Shown in pieces: positions 41,498 through 52,108 of a stretch of DNA of 64,000 nt. Source of the stretch: a virus; IMG/VR virus record IMGVR_UViG_3300042922_000265, positions 103,374 to 167,373 of that record; one strand, given 5' to 3'. Below the pieces are notes generated by a model. That model ran no database searches. It was not told where the DNA came from and saw only the letters and a program-made list of their open reading frames with translations. The position numbers and the translations under genes are program-made. How positions within the stretch are numbered: position 1 is the first letter of the stretch; each line of letters starts with the position of its first letter.

Positions 41498-44047
41498 GCG
41501 CGAACGCAACTCGTCAATCTCCGCGATGGACTCAGCCACCTCACGGTCCTCCTGGTAGCAGGCCGCGCACGTGGGGATGGAAAGGTCGGTGCAGGTATGG
41601 ATGAGCATCAGAGCGCAACCAACACCGGATCGTAGCCACCCTCATTGGCGTGAGCCACCCGCTTGTCCTTGTGTTCATCACAAGCGAAGGACCGGCTCAG
41701 CTCCAAACCACCAGAAGACTTGATGACGAGTGCCCACTGAGGTGACTTCAAACACTCCCAGCATCCCTTGGGCTCGTCCCACTTCGGTTCACCCATCAGC
41801 CGAACACCGCGCTCTCCAGATCGTTCAGCCGGTTGGCCACCCGCAGGTTGTTCTGCAGGCGTGCCCAGCGCACGAACAGGAAACCCAGCGTGATCATGGT
41901 CAGGCCGACGTACTGGCCGGTGGTCACGGGCTGCAGGACGGTCTTCTTGGCCATGGTCAGTTCTCCTTGGTGACGAGATCGGCATCGGATGGCGGCGTGG
42001 GTGCTGCGCGGGGGAACAATGTCTTGCCCACGAAGTCGGCCAGCTCCTCCAGATCGATCGGTCCGGTGATGGTCACCGTGCCCTCGCCATAGGCTTCCAC
42101 CTGGGCCTGGTCTTCCAGGCCGGTGAGCAGCGCTGTGGCCAGGCTGATGGGCTCGTCAACAGGTGTGGTCATAATGGTGCCCCTCCCTCGGTGTAGTCCA
42201 GGCCAGTGTAGGCAGAGGCCGCTGGCGCTGGCTCGGGCTGCTGGAGCTGTGGTGCTTCCAGAGCCTGAGCGATGCGCTCCAGGGCGTCGGCCTTGCGGTG
42301 CTCTGCATCGGCAACGCGGTCCTGAGCACGGGCCAGATGCTTCAACTTCTCGGTGAGCTTGCCGATGTCGTAACTGCTGACGTTGCTCATACGACTCGGT
42401 GCCCTGCCTTTCCGAGTAGGTCGATCACCCTGACCACCGACTCCTGGACCTTGACGTCGGCCTTGTTGATCATGTCGATCACCGTGTGGGTCGTGGGACT
42501 CCGCAGGGTGCTCACCGCGACGATGTCGTCGGCGCGGATGAGGAGCGAGTAGCCGGTGACGAAACCGGTGAGCTTGAGGTAGGTGGCCATCAGAACGGCT
42601 CCTCCTTCTGATCCATCTCGCTGATCTGGACCATGCCGTTGATCTGACGGCTGATCTCCGCCATCACACGGTTGGCGTTCTTCACCAGGGTGTTGTCCTG
42701 ACTGCTGGCCCGCACGCTCTTGGTGATGGTGGTGCCCTGGTACTCCACCACGATGGTGGCAGTGACGGTGGTGTTTTTTGCCATGCTCAGCTTCCTTTCA
42801 GTGTGAGGGCGATCAGGGCGATGATGAGTGCGGCCCAGATGACGATGATGATGTCGAACCACAGGTGGCCGGTAGTGGGCATCAGTAGTCCAACCAGGCC
42901 CACCAGGCGACGATGATCCCGGCGATGATCAGGATGATGCCGCCGATGATCAACACCATGCCGGTGCTCATCAGTTGCCCTGCATGTGCTCGGCAGCACG
43001 AGAGGCGACGGCGTTGGGGACATTGGCCAGGGTGGCGTGCAGCTGTCCCTGAGCCCAGATGCCCATGGCCTTCTTGCCCAGCTCGTCCATCTTCTCGGTG
43101 ACGGCGTCGATCAAGGCTTTCTGGTCTGGGGTGACGGTGCCGACGGTGTATCCCGGACTCTGGTTGAAGTTCTGAAACATGCTCTCGCGATACTCAGCAG
43201 CCCTACTGATGTCCTGGACGACCTTGCGTCCCTCCAGGGCCAGCTTCTGGGCGATGGCGTAATGCTCCCAGGGCATGAGGTTGGGCATCAGGACTTCTCC
43301 CCGTTCGGACCGTGCGTCTTGAACTGCTCACCCAAACTCATCGACTCGATGTCGTGATGACCACGAATGAAACGCAGGTCGGACGGGTTGGGCAGGTTGG
43401 TGCCACCAACAATGGTCACCGGCTGATTCATCAACCAGAGCCACGCCCCGACGTAGAACTTCTGACTGTCCATCAACTCTTGGCCGCCTTGGCCGCCACG
43501 GTGAAGATGCGGCCCACGTTCTTCAGGCCCAGCTGGCGCAGCTCGTTGACGGTGAAGGTGAGCTGGTCACCGGTGGCTGCCTTGAGGACCTCGCGCAGCG
43601 CGGTGATCTCCGCCAGCTCGTCCTCCTTGAGCAGGTTGGGCTCCTTGCCGAACTGACGGTCCAGCTCCCAGTCGTTGGTGGGGATGTAGAAGGCTTTGTC
43701 CAGGTCGTTGAGCTTGAGCGTGCGCTGCACCTCGTAGCGGTTGATCGGGGTGCCGTCCTTCTTGTACCGGGCGATGGCCTTGGTCAGCTCATCACGCAGA
43801 GCGATGGCGTTACCCGCATTCCACTTCGCCTCGTTCTTGGCGTGGTGGGCACGCTTGGCCTTCTTCCAGGCGACCTTGGTCTCGTCATGAGCTTTCAGCG
43901 CCCGGTCGCAGGCGTCGATCAGGGATTCCTTGCTGAACATCAGAGGCATGTGGGTGGGTCCTTCGCTTGGTTTGTCGGGTACTGACGGTTTCTTTGTGGT
44001 TCTTGTCTAGTGCTTTACGCATTCTACAGGGTAGAGGCGTAGTGGGT

Positions 44048-44890
44048 CTAGGGTTGCTCTCTATCTGCCCAGTACTGGGCGTAGAAGCCACTGAGCCAGT
44101 GGTTGACCTGGTCGTAGTCGGGCTCATCCTTCAACGGTGAGGTGTCCAGGTAGTGGTCCATGGAATTGGCGAACTCATCCACCATGATGAGCACTTCGTC
44201 CTTGGTGTATTTACCTTCGCGAATATCGCGCAGCACACCGACGTAGTGAGGGGCCATCGGGTAGTTGATGCGACCCGATTGGATGAGGTGCCTACCCTGC
44301 AGGGCGATGCGTACGGCGTGATAGCCCGCCTTGGTGTCCCACCCGAATTTCTCCACCAGCTCCGGGCGTGGTGACTGGTCAGCCTCCAGGTAGCGCACCA
44401 GCTGCTTCTGCAGGTATCCCCAGTAGCGCTGGGCGGCGATCTTGGAGACGAACATCGGGGCGCGTCGCGCTACCTCAATCCACCAATGGGTGACCACCCA
44501 CCGCGTGGTGTGTGGTGAGAACAGCAGGGCGGTCATGTTGGGATCGCCCTTGAGCACCAGGCCGATGAATTTGTTCAGGCCGAAGACGGTCATGTCGATG
44601 CCGTCGGCTGGTGTCTTCTCGCCAATGGGTGCCGAGCTGTAGATGTACTGATCGAACCAGCCCGCGTCATAGCCCAGCATGGCCTCAGGCGGCTCGATGC
44701 ACACGCCTTGCAGATCGGTGTCGCTGTGCTCGGTGTCGGTGCCGTACATGACACTGCCCACCTGGGTGAGCATGATGCAGTTGTTGGCTGCCACGTCGAA
44801 GTGACGGGCGGTGCGATGCTTGCCGGTGATCTCAGGGCCGGGGCGCGTGATGCCGTGGCTGTTCAGTGTGGCGACGACCATCAGAACCAC
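44048..44890 (-). CDS. Pol-beta-superfamily nucleotidyltransferase
   Basis: VGSVMYGTDTEHSDTDLQGV, GDPN..ALLF, DTKAGYHAVR. Confidence 0.85.
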   Translation of the reverse strand: MVLMVVATLNSHGITRPGPEITGKHRTARHFDVAANNCIMLTQVGSVMYGTDTEHSDTDLQGVCIEPPEAMLGYDAGWFDQYIYSSAPIGEKTPADGIDMTVFGLNKFIGLVLKGDPNMTALLFSPHTTRWVVTHWWIEVARRAPMFVSKIAAQRYWGYLQKQLVRYLEADQSPRPELVEKFGWDTKAGYHAVRIALQGRHLIQSGRINYPMAPHYVGVLRDIREGKYTKDEVLIMVDEFANSMDHYLDTSPLKDEPDYDQVNHWLSGFYAQYWADREQP

Positions 44891-45789
44891 CGAGTGTTCA
44901 GTGGCTTCTTGACCTTGTGTTTCTTCACGTCTTCAATGCTACCACGGTAGAGAAAATTACTAGCATTCATTCCGGCGCGTTCCTCGGTCTCATTGAGCGC
45001 GTCCAGGACGTTGCAGACCAGCACTTGCTCGTTGACCGAGAGCTGCCCGATGGGCGTGTACAGACCTCCCCTGGACTCCAGAGTGAAGCTACTCATGCGA
45101 GCCTGGCCACCGCCTTGACCATCAAGCCCTTGGCTGAATAGCCAGGGCTCTCGATGCCGGTCACCTCGTACACCACGGTGTGGTCGATAGTCCATCGCTG
45201 CTGATCTGGTGTGCTCGCTGCTGTCTTGGTCTCGGCATCAAACATCACCAGGTCACCGACATCGACCTTCACAACCGGCTGCAAGTTCATGTTGAGTGCC
45301 ACGATGGTGCCCCGCCCGGTGATGCTGAAGACGTCATCGCCATGAAGCACCGGGATGCTGACAACCGGCTTGAGTGTGGGCACCTTGGGCGCAGGACGCA
45401 GGGTGGCGCAGTAGTCCACCAGTTGACCAATGATGGCCTCACGACCAGGGGTCACACCGTTATCGAAACTGGTGAACCGCAGAACCTCGCGGATAGCCTT
45501 GTCGTCAGCGAGATAGCGCAGCTTGGGTTCGGTCATCAGCGCCCCACAATAAACGCGATGAACGCGCCCACAGCGATCACGAGCAGGAACAGCGCCACGA
45601 CAGCGCAGCCGATGAAGGTGGGCACCAGAATCTGCCACCAGCTCCAGTACAGGACCGGGTTCCAATCGGTCTGCGGGAAGAAGTGCAGCACAACGAACAC
45701 AGCCTGGATGAGGCCCAGGACGCCAATGCCCCCGCTGCTGCTCGAACTGCTGCTGGAGGAACCCATGCGAGGGGCGGGTCGCATAGCCA

Positions 45790-47328
45790 TCAGCGATGCT
45801 CCTCGCGCTGCTTGGCCAGGTTCTCACGTACCGAGTCGAAGCTCTGGTGCACGATGAACCGGCCATCGCGCCAGATCGGCTTAAGCAGGCTCTGGGCCTC
45901 GGTCTGGTAGTCGGCCTTCTCCACCAGGTAGAGATCCTCGCCGTCACCACCCAGCACGGCCAGGCGACCGGTGGCGCTCTTCTTGGTGCCGTCGTCGGTG
46001 ACGGGGTCCTTGAACAGGTTGACGCCCTTTCCATTGACCTCGGCCCAGGTGGCCTTCATGGCCGAGCCGAAGGTGTCGCGCGTGACGTACTGGTAGGTGT
46101 AGCTACCCACACCGAACACCACGTTGCTGGCCGCAAAGCCCTGGCGCTTGAGGTTGCTCAGAATAGCCTCGGCACGGTCCAAGGTGATGCTGTCACCGTA
46201 GATGGCACCGATGTGCGAGTTCAACTCGCGGAAGCCCTTGGTGTTGGTGGTACCACCGAAGGTCTCCCACAGCAGTGGGATCACACCACGCTGCTCGGCC
46301 ACCGTACGTCCTGCCGGGTTGCCACACAGGATCTTCTCGGGGTCACCCGAGTCCGGGCGGATGACCAGCTTGCCGTCACGCGCCTCGATCTGTGCCTTGA
46401 ACACGGGCAGGATGAACTCCAGCACGTTCCACAGGTCGAAGGTGTCGCTGACCACGCTCACGATGCCGCCGGGGTACAGATCCAGGAGGCGATGAAACAG
46501 AGCTGCCTCGGCCTCACCCCGGTTGTAGCCGTCGCGGAATCCAATGCCGTCCTGCTGGCTCATGATGCCGGTGCTCATCACCGAGTGCTCGGTGGCTGCC
46601 ACGCTCATCAGGTCGTAGTCACCGCCGTAGTACTTCTCGATGTAGTCGGCAGTGAGCAGGCTGTCACTGCCCTTGAAGCTGAGCAGATGGCCTGCGCCCG
46701 AGCTGGCCGCGCTCTCCCAGCTGTTCATGCCCCGAAGGCTGAAGTCGTGCAGCTGGAAGTCGACGTGACTCAGGTTGTCCCCGGTCTCATCACCGAACTT
46801 CTCCAGCTTGACGCGGAAGGCGTGCGCCGTGGTGGCGCTGGTGCTGGGACCCCAGATGGCCGCGCTGATGGCGCTCTCCAGGTAGTTGGTCACCCAGAAG
46901 AAGTCGTCCAAGGTGTTCTCCACCGTGAAGCTGGGCACCCGGATCGGCACCAGAGTGCCCTCGGGTACCGCGCGGAACTCCACGGGCAGGAAGCCCAGGT
47001 CGTGCAGCTGGCCGATGTGTTCGGCACCGATGGCCTCGGCGGCGTCGGGACCCAGGATCTTGAGCACCCGAGCGAAGTACTTCTCGGTGACCTCATCACG
47101 ACTGGCGGCAAAGAAGGGCTCGTAGGCGTCGGTGATCTTGTGCAGGAATGCCTGCAGGCCGAAGTGCACCACGTGATCGAACCCGGCGATCCGACTCTTT
47201 CGGTTCGTGTAGTTGGTCAGCACGCGTGTGACGTCACCGGCCAGCTGGTACTGGCGACGGTGGTCCAGCTTGTAAGCGTCGGTGAGGAACAACGGCGCGA
47301 TGCACGCATTGTCGTAGGTGTCCAGCAT
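45790..47328 (-). CDS. Nicotinamide phosphoribosyltransferase-like (NAMPT / Namat)
   Basis: TDAYKLDH, HDFSLRG, AATEHSVM, SVVSDTFD, VIRPDSGDP, IYGDSIT, FGVGSY, TRDT, KDPVTDDGTKKS. Confidence 0.92.
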   Translation of the reverse strand: MLDTYDNACIAPLFLTDAYKLDHRRQYQLAGDVTRVLTNYTNRKSRIAGFDHVVHFGLQAFLHKITDAYEPFFAASRDEVTEKYFARVLKILGPDAAEAIGAEHIGQLHDLGFLPVEFRAVPEGTLVPIRVPSFTVENTLDDFFWVTNYLESAISAAIWGPSTSATTAHAFRVKLEKFGDETGDNLSHVDFQLHDFSLRGMNSWESAASSGAGHLLSFKGSDSLLTADYIEKYYGGDYDLMSVAATEHSVMSTGIMSQQDGIGFRDGYNRGEAEAALFHRLLDLYPGGIVSVVSDTFDLWNVLEFILPVFKAQIEARDGKLVIRPDSGDPEKILCGNPAGRTVAEQRGVIPLLWETFGGTTNTKGFRELNSHIGAIYGDSITLDRAEAILSNLKRQGFAASNVVFGVGSYTYQYVTRDTFGSAMKATWAEVNGKGVNLFKDPVTDDGTKKSATGRLAVLGGDGEDLYLVEKADYQTEAQSLLKPIWRDGRFIVHQSFDSVRENLAKQREEHR

Positions 47329-47351
47329 GGTGTGCCTTTCGTTGTGGGTGG

Positions 47352-48590
47352 TTAGAGGTACTGCCCGACGGCCTCGGGCTCAGCGATGCCCGTGGTGACG
47401 CGATCGGATTCATTGGCCTTGAGGTCTTCCATCAGCTGGGCCAGGCTGACCGGGCCGTGGTAGTTCTTGCTGATGCCGCGCTTGAGCATCCACTGGCGCG
47501 CGAGGTTGGAATCGAACTCCTTGAACTCGACCTGAGCCAGGCAGCGCCCCGGACGGGTGACCGCCTTGTCCAGACGGTCGATCTCCTCGTTGGTGGTGAT
47601 CAGGAAGATGGTGTTGCTGCCTGCGCCCAGGATGCCGTCGGAGAAGTTGAGCAGACGGCTCATGGCCGCGCTGGCGTCACCACGCTGGCGTGCGCGCAGG
47701 AACTCACCAGCATCCTCGGCCACCACCAGACGCCATGGTGTCCTGCGCGACAAACGCCTCTCATCCATGATCTCGGCGTAGTCTTCATCCTCCGGCGAGC
47801 CGTCATCGGGCTCTTCCTCTCCCTCCGACAGTTCGTCATCCTCGATCTCCACGGTGCCGCTGGACGACCCCACATCCATGAGGTACTTGGGCAGCGAGAA
47901 GAACTTCTCGGGATCGGAGATGTAGTGGAAGCTGCACCAGTCCTTCCACTCGCGTGCGAGCGAACGCAGGGCCGTGGTCTTACCGGTGCCAGGAGGGCCA
48001 TGCCACAGCACGATCTTGCCCTGGCCGCTGGGACGCTCGTAGCTCATCATGGTGGTGAGCGCTTCACGGATGCCCTGGGTGTAGTTGTCGCTGATCTCGT
48101 CCCAGCTTTGGGCCTCGATCTTCTTGAGATTGGACTCCGGCCCTTGCGGCCCTGCAGCCCACACCCAGGTGTCCACCACGTGATCAGCGACCACCTTGTT
48201 GGGGATCTTCTTGGCGATCTTCCTGACCATCTCATGGACCTCGGCCTCATTGGGGCCGCACAACGTGATCGAGATAGACGTCTTGGTGGACCGGGTGACG
48301 AGCGCCATGACGCGGTCGTTGTCATCGGTGAACAGCCTGATCTCGTTGAGACCCTTGGTCCCGAACTCATGGCTACGCAGGAGGGTCCATGTGCGATCGT
48401 CGGGCAGATAGCTGTGCACATCCACGAGCTTGGTGTTGGACTGCTTACTGATCAGCCGGGTAAAGGGCTTGGTGCCATTGACGATGCACGCCTGAAACTC
48501 GGCATAGACCGGGACTGAACAACGTCCGTACTCGTTGTCGGGGTTGAGGTTCAGATTCACCATGTTGCTGATGGCATCAGAGGCAGTCAC
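47352..48590 (-). CDS. AAA+ ATPase
   Basis: HGPPGTGKT, Walker B VVAEDA, LLNFSDG, ITTN, D.AVTRPGR; GTG 48590 overlaps the upstream stop. Confidence 0.85.
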   Translation of the reverse strand: MTASDAISNMVNLNLNPDNEYGRCSVPVYAEFQACIVNGTKPFTRLISKQSNTKLVDVHSYLPDDRTWTLLRSHEFGTKGLNEIRLFTDDNDRVMALVTRSTKTSISITLCGPNEAEVHEMVRKIAKKIPNKVVADHVVDTWVWAAGPQGPESNLKKIEAQSWDEISDNYTQGIREALTTMMSYERPSGQGKIVLWHGPPGTGKTTALRSLAREWKDWCSFHYISDPEKFFSLPKYLMDVGSSSGTVEIEDDELSEGEEEPDDGSPEDEDYAEIMDERRLSRRTPWRLVVAEDAGEFLRARQRGDASAAMSRLLNFSDGILGAGSNTIFLITTNEEIDRLDKAVTRPGRCLAQVEFKEFDSNLARQWMLKRGISKNYHGPVSLAQLMEDLKANESDRVTTGIAEPEAVGQYL

Positions 48591-49483
48591 TTGACTCCAA
48601 ACGTTGTCTCGTAGAGAGGGATGAAGCAGGGGACGATGGCAGAAGCCACGCCTACTCGGTTGTGGCCGGGATGGCTGTCTGTGGTTCCGATCCAGCTGTA
48701 GGACTTCCTGAGCTGATCCGCGTGCCCGCTGAAGATGCCGTGGGTGACCCACAACCCGAGCTGCTCACGTGGTAGTCCGATATTATCAGCAAGTAGAGCG
48801 AAAGTTCCACCCCCATCGCAGATGTCATCTACCACCAGGTAGCGCAGCTTGGGGTCCAGGGGTGGCACCTTGAGCCCCAGAATGGCACCCGTGGCCTGGT
48901 CACGCGCCTTGTCACAGACATGCAGCGGCACGTCCAACGCCTGAGCCACAGCGCCTGCGCGGTGCACTGCACCCTTGTCCGGGCTGATGACGCCGTCGAA
49001 GGGTGCAGTGTTGGCCAGGCCCTGCAGGGCACGGAACACCAGTGGCACCACGTCTACAGAACGGATGCCAGAGATCTGGCGGGTGATGACGCTACTGTGC
49101 GGATCAATTCCCACCACATGGTGGGCACTCAGGCTGTTGATCATGCGGGCATACACCGCACTGCCCAAGGGATAGCCCTTGTCGGCTCGTGCTGCAGGCA
49201 GATAAGGAGCCCAGAGCACGAACCGGAAACCCTGGCGGTCCTGATGCCAGAAGTTCGCCCGATGCGCCAGATCGGCCCACAGAGCCACCTGGGCGTACTC
49301 ATCCATGTCAGCACCGCGCCAGTCGGCGATGAAGGTCACCTGCCCGCGATTGGAGGGGATCTCCGGCAGGTTACGCAGGTGCCACTCACCACCGGGGAAC
49401 CGGAATGCCTCTGGCTTACCGGTCAACACCCCCAGGTTGAGAATGCCATCGACTTGGGTGTGAACACGAAAGTGAATGGTCAT
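48587..49483 (-). CDS. Ribose-phosphate pyrophosphokinase-like (Prs / Adps)
   Basis: FPGGE, PYLPAARADK, DPHS, SPDKGA, VVDDICDGGGTF, VTHGIFS. Confidence 0.9.
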   Translation of the reverse strand: MTIHFRVHTQVDGILNLGVLTGKPEAFRFPGGEWHLRNLPEIPSNRGQVTFIADWRGADMDEYAQVALWADLAHRANFWHQDRQGFRFVLWAPYLPAARADKGYPLGSAVYARMINSLSAHHVVGIDPHSSVITRQISGIRSVDVVPLVFRALQGLANTAPFDGVISPDKGAVHRAGAVAQALDVPLHVCDKARDQATGAILGLKVPPLDPKLRYLVVDDICDGGGTFALLADNIGLPREQLGLWVTHGIFSGHADQLRKSYSWIGTTDSHPGHNRVGVASAIVPCFIPLYETTFGVK

Positions 49484-49836
49484 GCGCCGAGCTTCTCCTT
49501 GATCGCAGTGACGTCGGACTTGAGCTTCTCCTGCTCGCCGTCAGTCCACGCATCGTTGTTCACGATCATGTAGGCGGCGATGCGGGCGGTGAGGATAGGC
49601 GTGATCACCCAGAGAGCGACGGTCAGGTAAATCACCGTGACGATGCGACCGGCCCTGGTCTTGGGTGTGATGTCGCCGTACCCCGTCGAGCTGCCACTGA
49701 CGATGGACCAGTAGAACGACTCCAAAGGGCCGGTGCCCTCGAACACCGAGTAGGCCACAGCAGCAATGACCGTGGTGGCGATTGCCAGACCAGCCACGCG
49801 AGGAATGGTGCTGGTCAGAGAATGAATTTTGCTCAC
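49480..49836 (-). CDS. Two-TM potassium channel family protein
   Basis: ESFYWSIVSGSSTGYGDITPKTRAGR between two TM helices. Confidence 0.85.
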   Translation of the reverse strand: MSKIHSLTSTIPRVAGLAIATTVIAAVAYSVFEGTGPLESFYWSIVSGSSTGYGDITPKTRAGRIVTVIYLTVALWVITPILTARIAAYMIVNNDAWTDGEQEKLKSDVTAIKEKLGA

Positions 49837-49928
49837 GAAGTGAGCCCTTTCGTTATGCGTGGATAGGAGAAGGACGTGGTGGGTGGAGCACCGGGGTGCA
49901 ATTCCATTCCACCCACCACGTCGGTACC

Positions 49929-50369
49929 TCAGTAGCTCCCGGAAGAGCCGGAATCGAACGACGAGCTGGACCCCGAGTCGTACGACGAAGAGCTGCTGGA
50001 GCCGTAGTCCGAGCTGGACGACGAGCTGGAGCTGCTGCCGGAGTCGTATCCCCCGCTGGAGTAACCGGAGGACCCATAGTCCGAGGAATCCGAAGAGCCC
50101 TGGGTGGAGTACGTGCTGTCGACGTCAGCGCCCTTGGTGCTGTAAGAGTCGTCGTGGGTCGTGTGATGCGGTTGATCATCGGAATGATCCGACCGCGCCG
50201 GGACGTCACGCTCGATGGCACCGAAGCCGGTACCGCTGTACCCCACTCCGTACAAGCCCACCGGACTGGACGGGAGGGGATGGTCGATCGGCGGGCTGTA
50301 CGAGGCAACACGCCGACGATCAGCGGCCACCTTCGCTTGGCGCTCCTTGCGCCGTTGCAGCCACCCCAT
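49929..50369 (-). CDS. Ser/Asp/Gly/Tyr low-complexity protein
   Basis: SSSSYDSGSS-type tail; coupled start. Confidence 0.6.
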   Translation of the reverse strand: MGWLQRRKERQAKVAADRRRVASYSPPIDHPLPSSPVGLYGVGYSGTGFGAIERDVPARSDHSDDQPHHTTHDDSYSTKGADVDSTYSTQGSSDSSDYGSSGYSSGGYDSGSSSSSSSSSDYGSSSSSSYDSGSSSSFDSGSSGSY

Positions 50370-50499
50370 CAGTCGTCGTATTCGTACTGGGGCTGGGCCG
50401 CACAGGCCACGCCCGCCACTCCGGTGATGCCCAGGCCAATGGCCAGCACCACCGCTGCGATCTTGCTGTTCACGTTTCTACTTCCTTTCGTTGTTGTTG

Positions 50500-51042
50500 T
50501 TACTGAGCGGCATTGATCAACGCAGCAGCCTTGGCCGCAGCGTCATGGTCCCACCCCGGAACGATCTCGATCTCCGGGATGCCCATCTCTTCCCACAACG
50601 TGATGATTGCCGGGTTGTCATCGACAGCCCCCACCACGTCGAAGCTCTGGCTGATCTCGGCGAAGATTTCACGCTTGACCTCGACGTCCTTGCGGTGGTC
50701 GCCGTCGGTGCGCATGTAGATGTGCGGTTCCCAGTCGAAGAACTCACGGCACGTGCGCTCCAAGAATCGGGTGGTCACACCCTCCCACTTGCGCATGCGC
50801 GCGGTCACGATCAAGACCCGGTAGCCCTGGTTGTTGGCCCTCACACAGAAGTCGATGGCCTGCTGGTTGGCCGGGACGAACTCACTGGCCGCATGGAAGG
50901 CGTCGAAGTTCTTGATAACCTTCACCCCACCGCTGGCCTTCGGCTTGGTCACCGATCCATCGACGTGGAATCGCACCGAGCTGACGTTGGCCAACGTGCC
51001 ATCCATATCAGCCAATACAGCTTTCGGCTTGAACTTTGTCAT
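50500..51042 (-). CDS. HAD phosphatase (polynucleotide 3'-phosphatase-like), leaderless
   Basis: DMDGTL, VTAR, MR..GDHRKD.EVK, VDDNP; TAGACA-17-TATAGT-6-ATG. Confidence 0.85.
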   Translation of the reverse strand: MTKFKPKAVLADMDGTLANVSSVRFHVDGSVTKPKASGGVKVIKNFDAFHAASEFVPANQQAIDFCVRANNQGYRVLIVTARMRKWEGVTTRFLERTCREFFDWEPHIYMRTDGDHRKDVEVKREIFAEISQSFDVVGAVDDNPAIITLWEEMGIPEIEIVPGWDHDAAAKAAALINAAQ

Positions 51043-51313
51043 ACAGTTACTATAACTCCTCTATAGGGTTTTGTCTATTCGACTTCTACCGTGATCACGT
51101 ACTTGAAGATGCGCGCAATGCGACCCTCCTTGGCCAGCCGCTTCTTGTACGTGCGTGCAGTGGTGAGGTCGGTGTAGATCCGCTTTTTGTCGTTGTAGGG
51201 GGACTTCGCGAACTCCCCTGTACGCGGATTCTGAGCGTAAGCGCCGACCATCCTGCCCTGTAGCTCGCCGTCGACCTCCTCGAACACGCGATAGAGGTAC
51301 ATCGCTTCCTCGC

Positions 51314-52108
51314 TCATGCGCCGAGGTCCGAGGGCTCCAGCAGCATGACGTTGTCGCGGAAGGTGCCGCCGTCCATGTCCAGGCCACGGTAGATAGTGTT
51401 CTCACCGTTCAGCACGCTGTGGATGTAGTAGGGGACGTGATAATGCCCATGGATGAACACCGCAGGCTTGTGCTTGTCCACGATCTTGCGCAGCTGCTTG
51501 CGGTGCGCATTGGCCCGCGCCAACATGTCCGGGGGCCAATGCTCTGCCCCACCACGTGGCTTGGAATCCGGGCCGATGCCAGGGATGTCCACACCCGTAG
51601 GGCAGTCGTGAGCGAAGATCACGTCCACACCGTGAGGCTGGTGGCAGCACCAGTTGACGTCCTCGTCGGTCAGCTCCTCTTCCTTCCACACGCTCTTGCC
51701 CTCTTTGCGCATGAAACGATCGATGCTGAACGCACCACCGACGGCCATGAACTTCTTACCCCACCACTCCCACCGGTAGCCGATGGGCAAAAACACGGTG
51801 TTGCGAATCAGCGAGGGGTGTTTGCCACGGCCCTTCTCGGGGAGATCTGGCCACGCCTCATGGTTGCCGGGAAGCCAGGCGAACCACATACCGGTCTCCT
51901 TGATGGCCTGCTCGACCACATCCAGATAGTGGTCGCGCCTACCCTCGGTCCAGTATCCGAAATCACCGACCTGCACCATGGCGTCAGCACCCAGATCATG
52001 AGCGCGGTAAATGGCCATTGCGGCGTGACTGCCATTGCCATGCCAATCACCGGCCACAGCGAGCTTGGTCGGTTCCTTCAAGATCACGGGGTGCCTCCGG
52101 TCTTCCAT
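51314..52108 (-). CDS. Calcineurin-like metallophosphoesterase
   Basis: GDWHG, VGDFG, PGNHE, GGAFSID, HDCP, HGHYH. Confidence 0.9.
   Translation of the reverse strand: MEDRRHPVILKEPTKLAVAGDWHGNGSHAAMAIYRAHDLGADAMVQVGDFGYWTEGRRDHYLDVVEQAIKETGMWFAWLPGNHEAWPDLPEKGRGKHPSLIRNTVFLPIGYRWEWWGKKFMAVGGAFSIDRFMRKEGKSVWKEEELTDEDVNWCCHQPHGVDVIFAHDCPTGVDIPGIGPDSKPRGGAEHWPPDMLARANAHRKQLRKIVDKHKPAVFIHGHYHVPYYIHSVLNGENTIYRGLDMDGGTFRDNVMLLEPSDLGA

Larger units (their letters stand above)
38077..43949 (-). other. Array of small hypothetical and membrane genes, three leaderless (40480-40734, 40774-41076, 41114-41461)
   Basis: Packed short ORFs with coupled starts. Confidence 0.6.
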
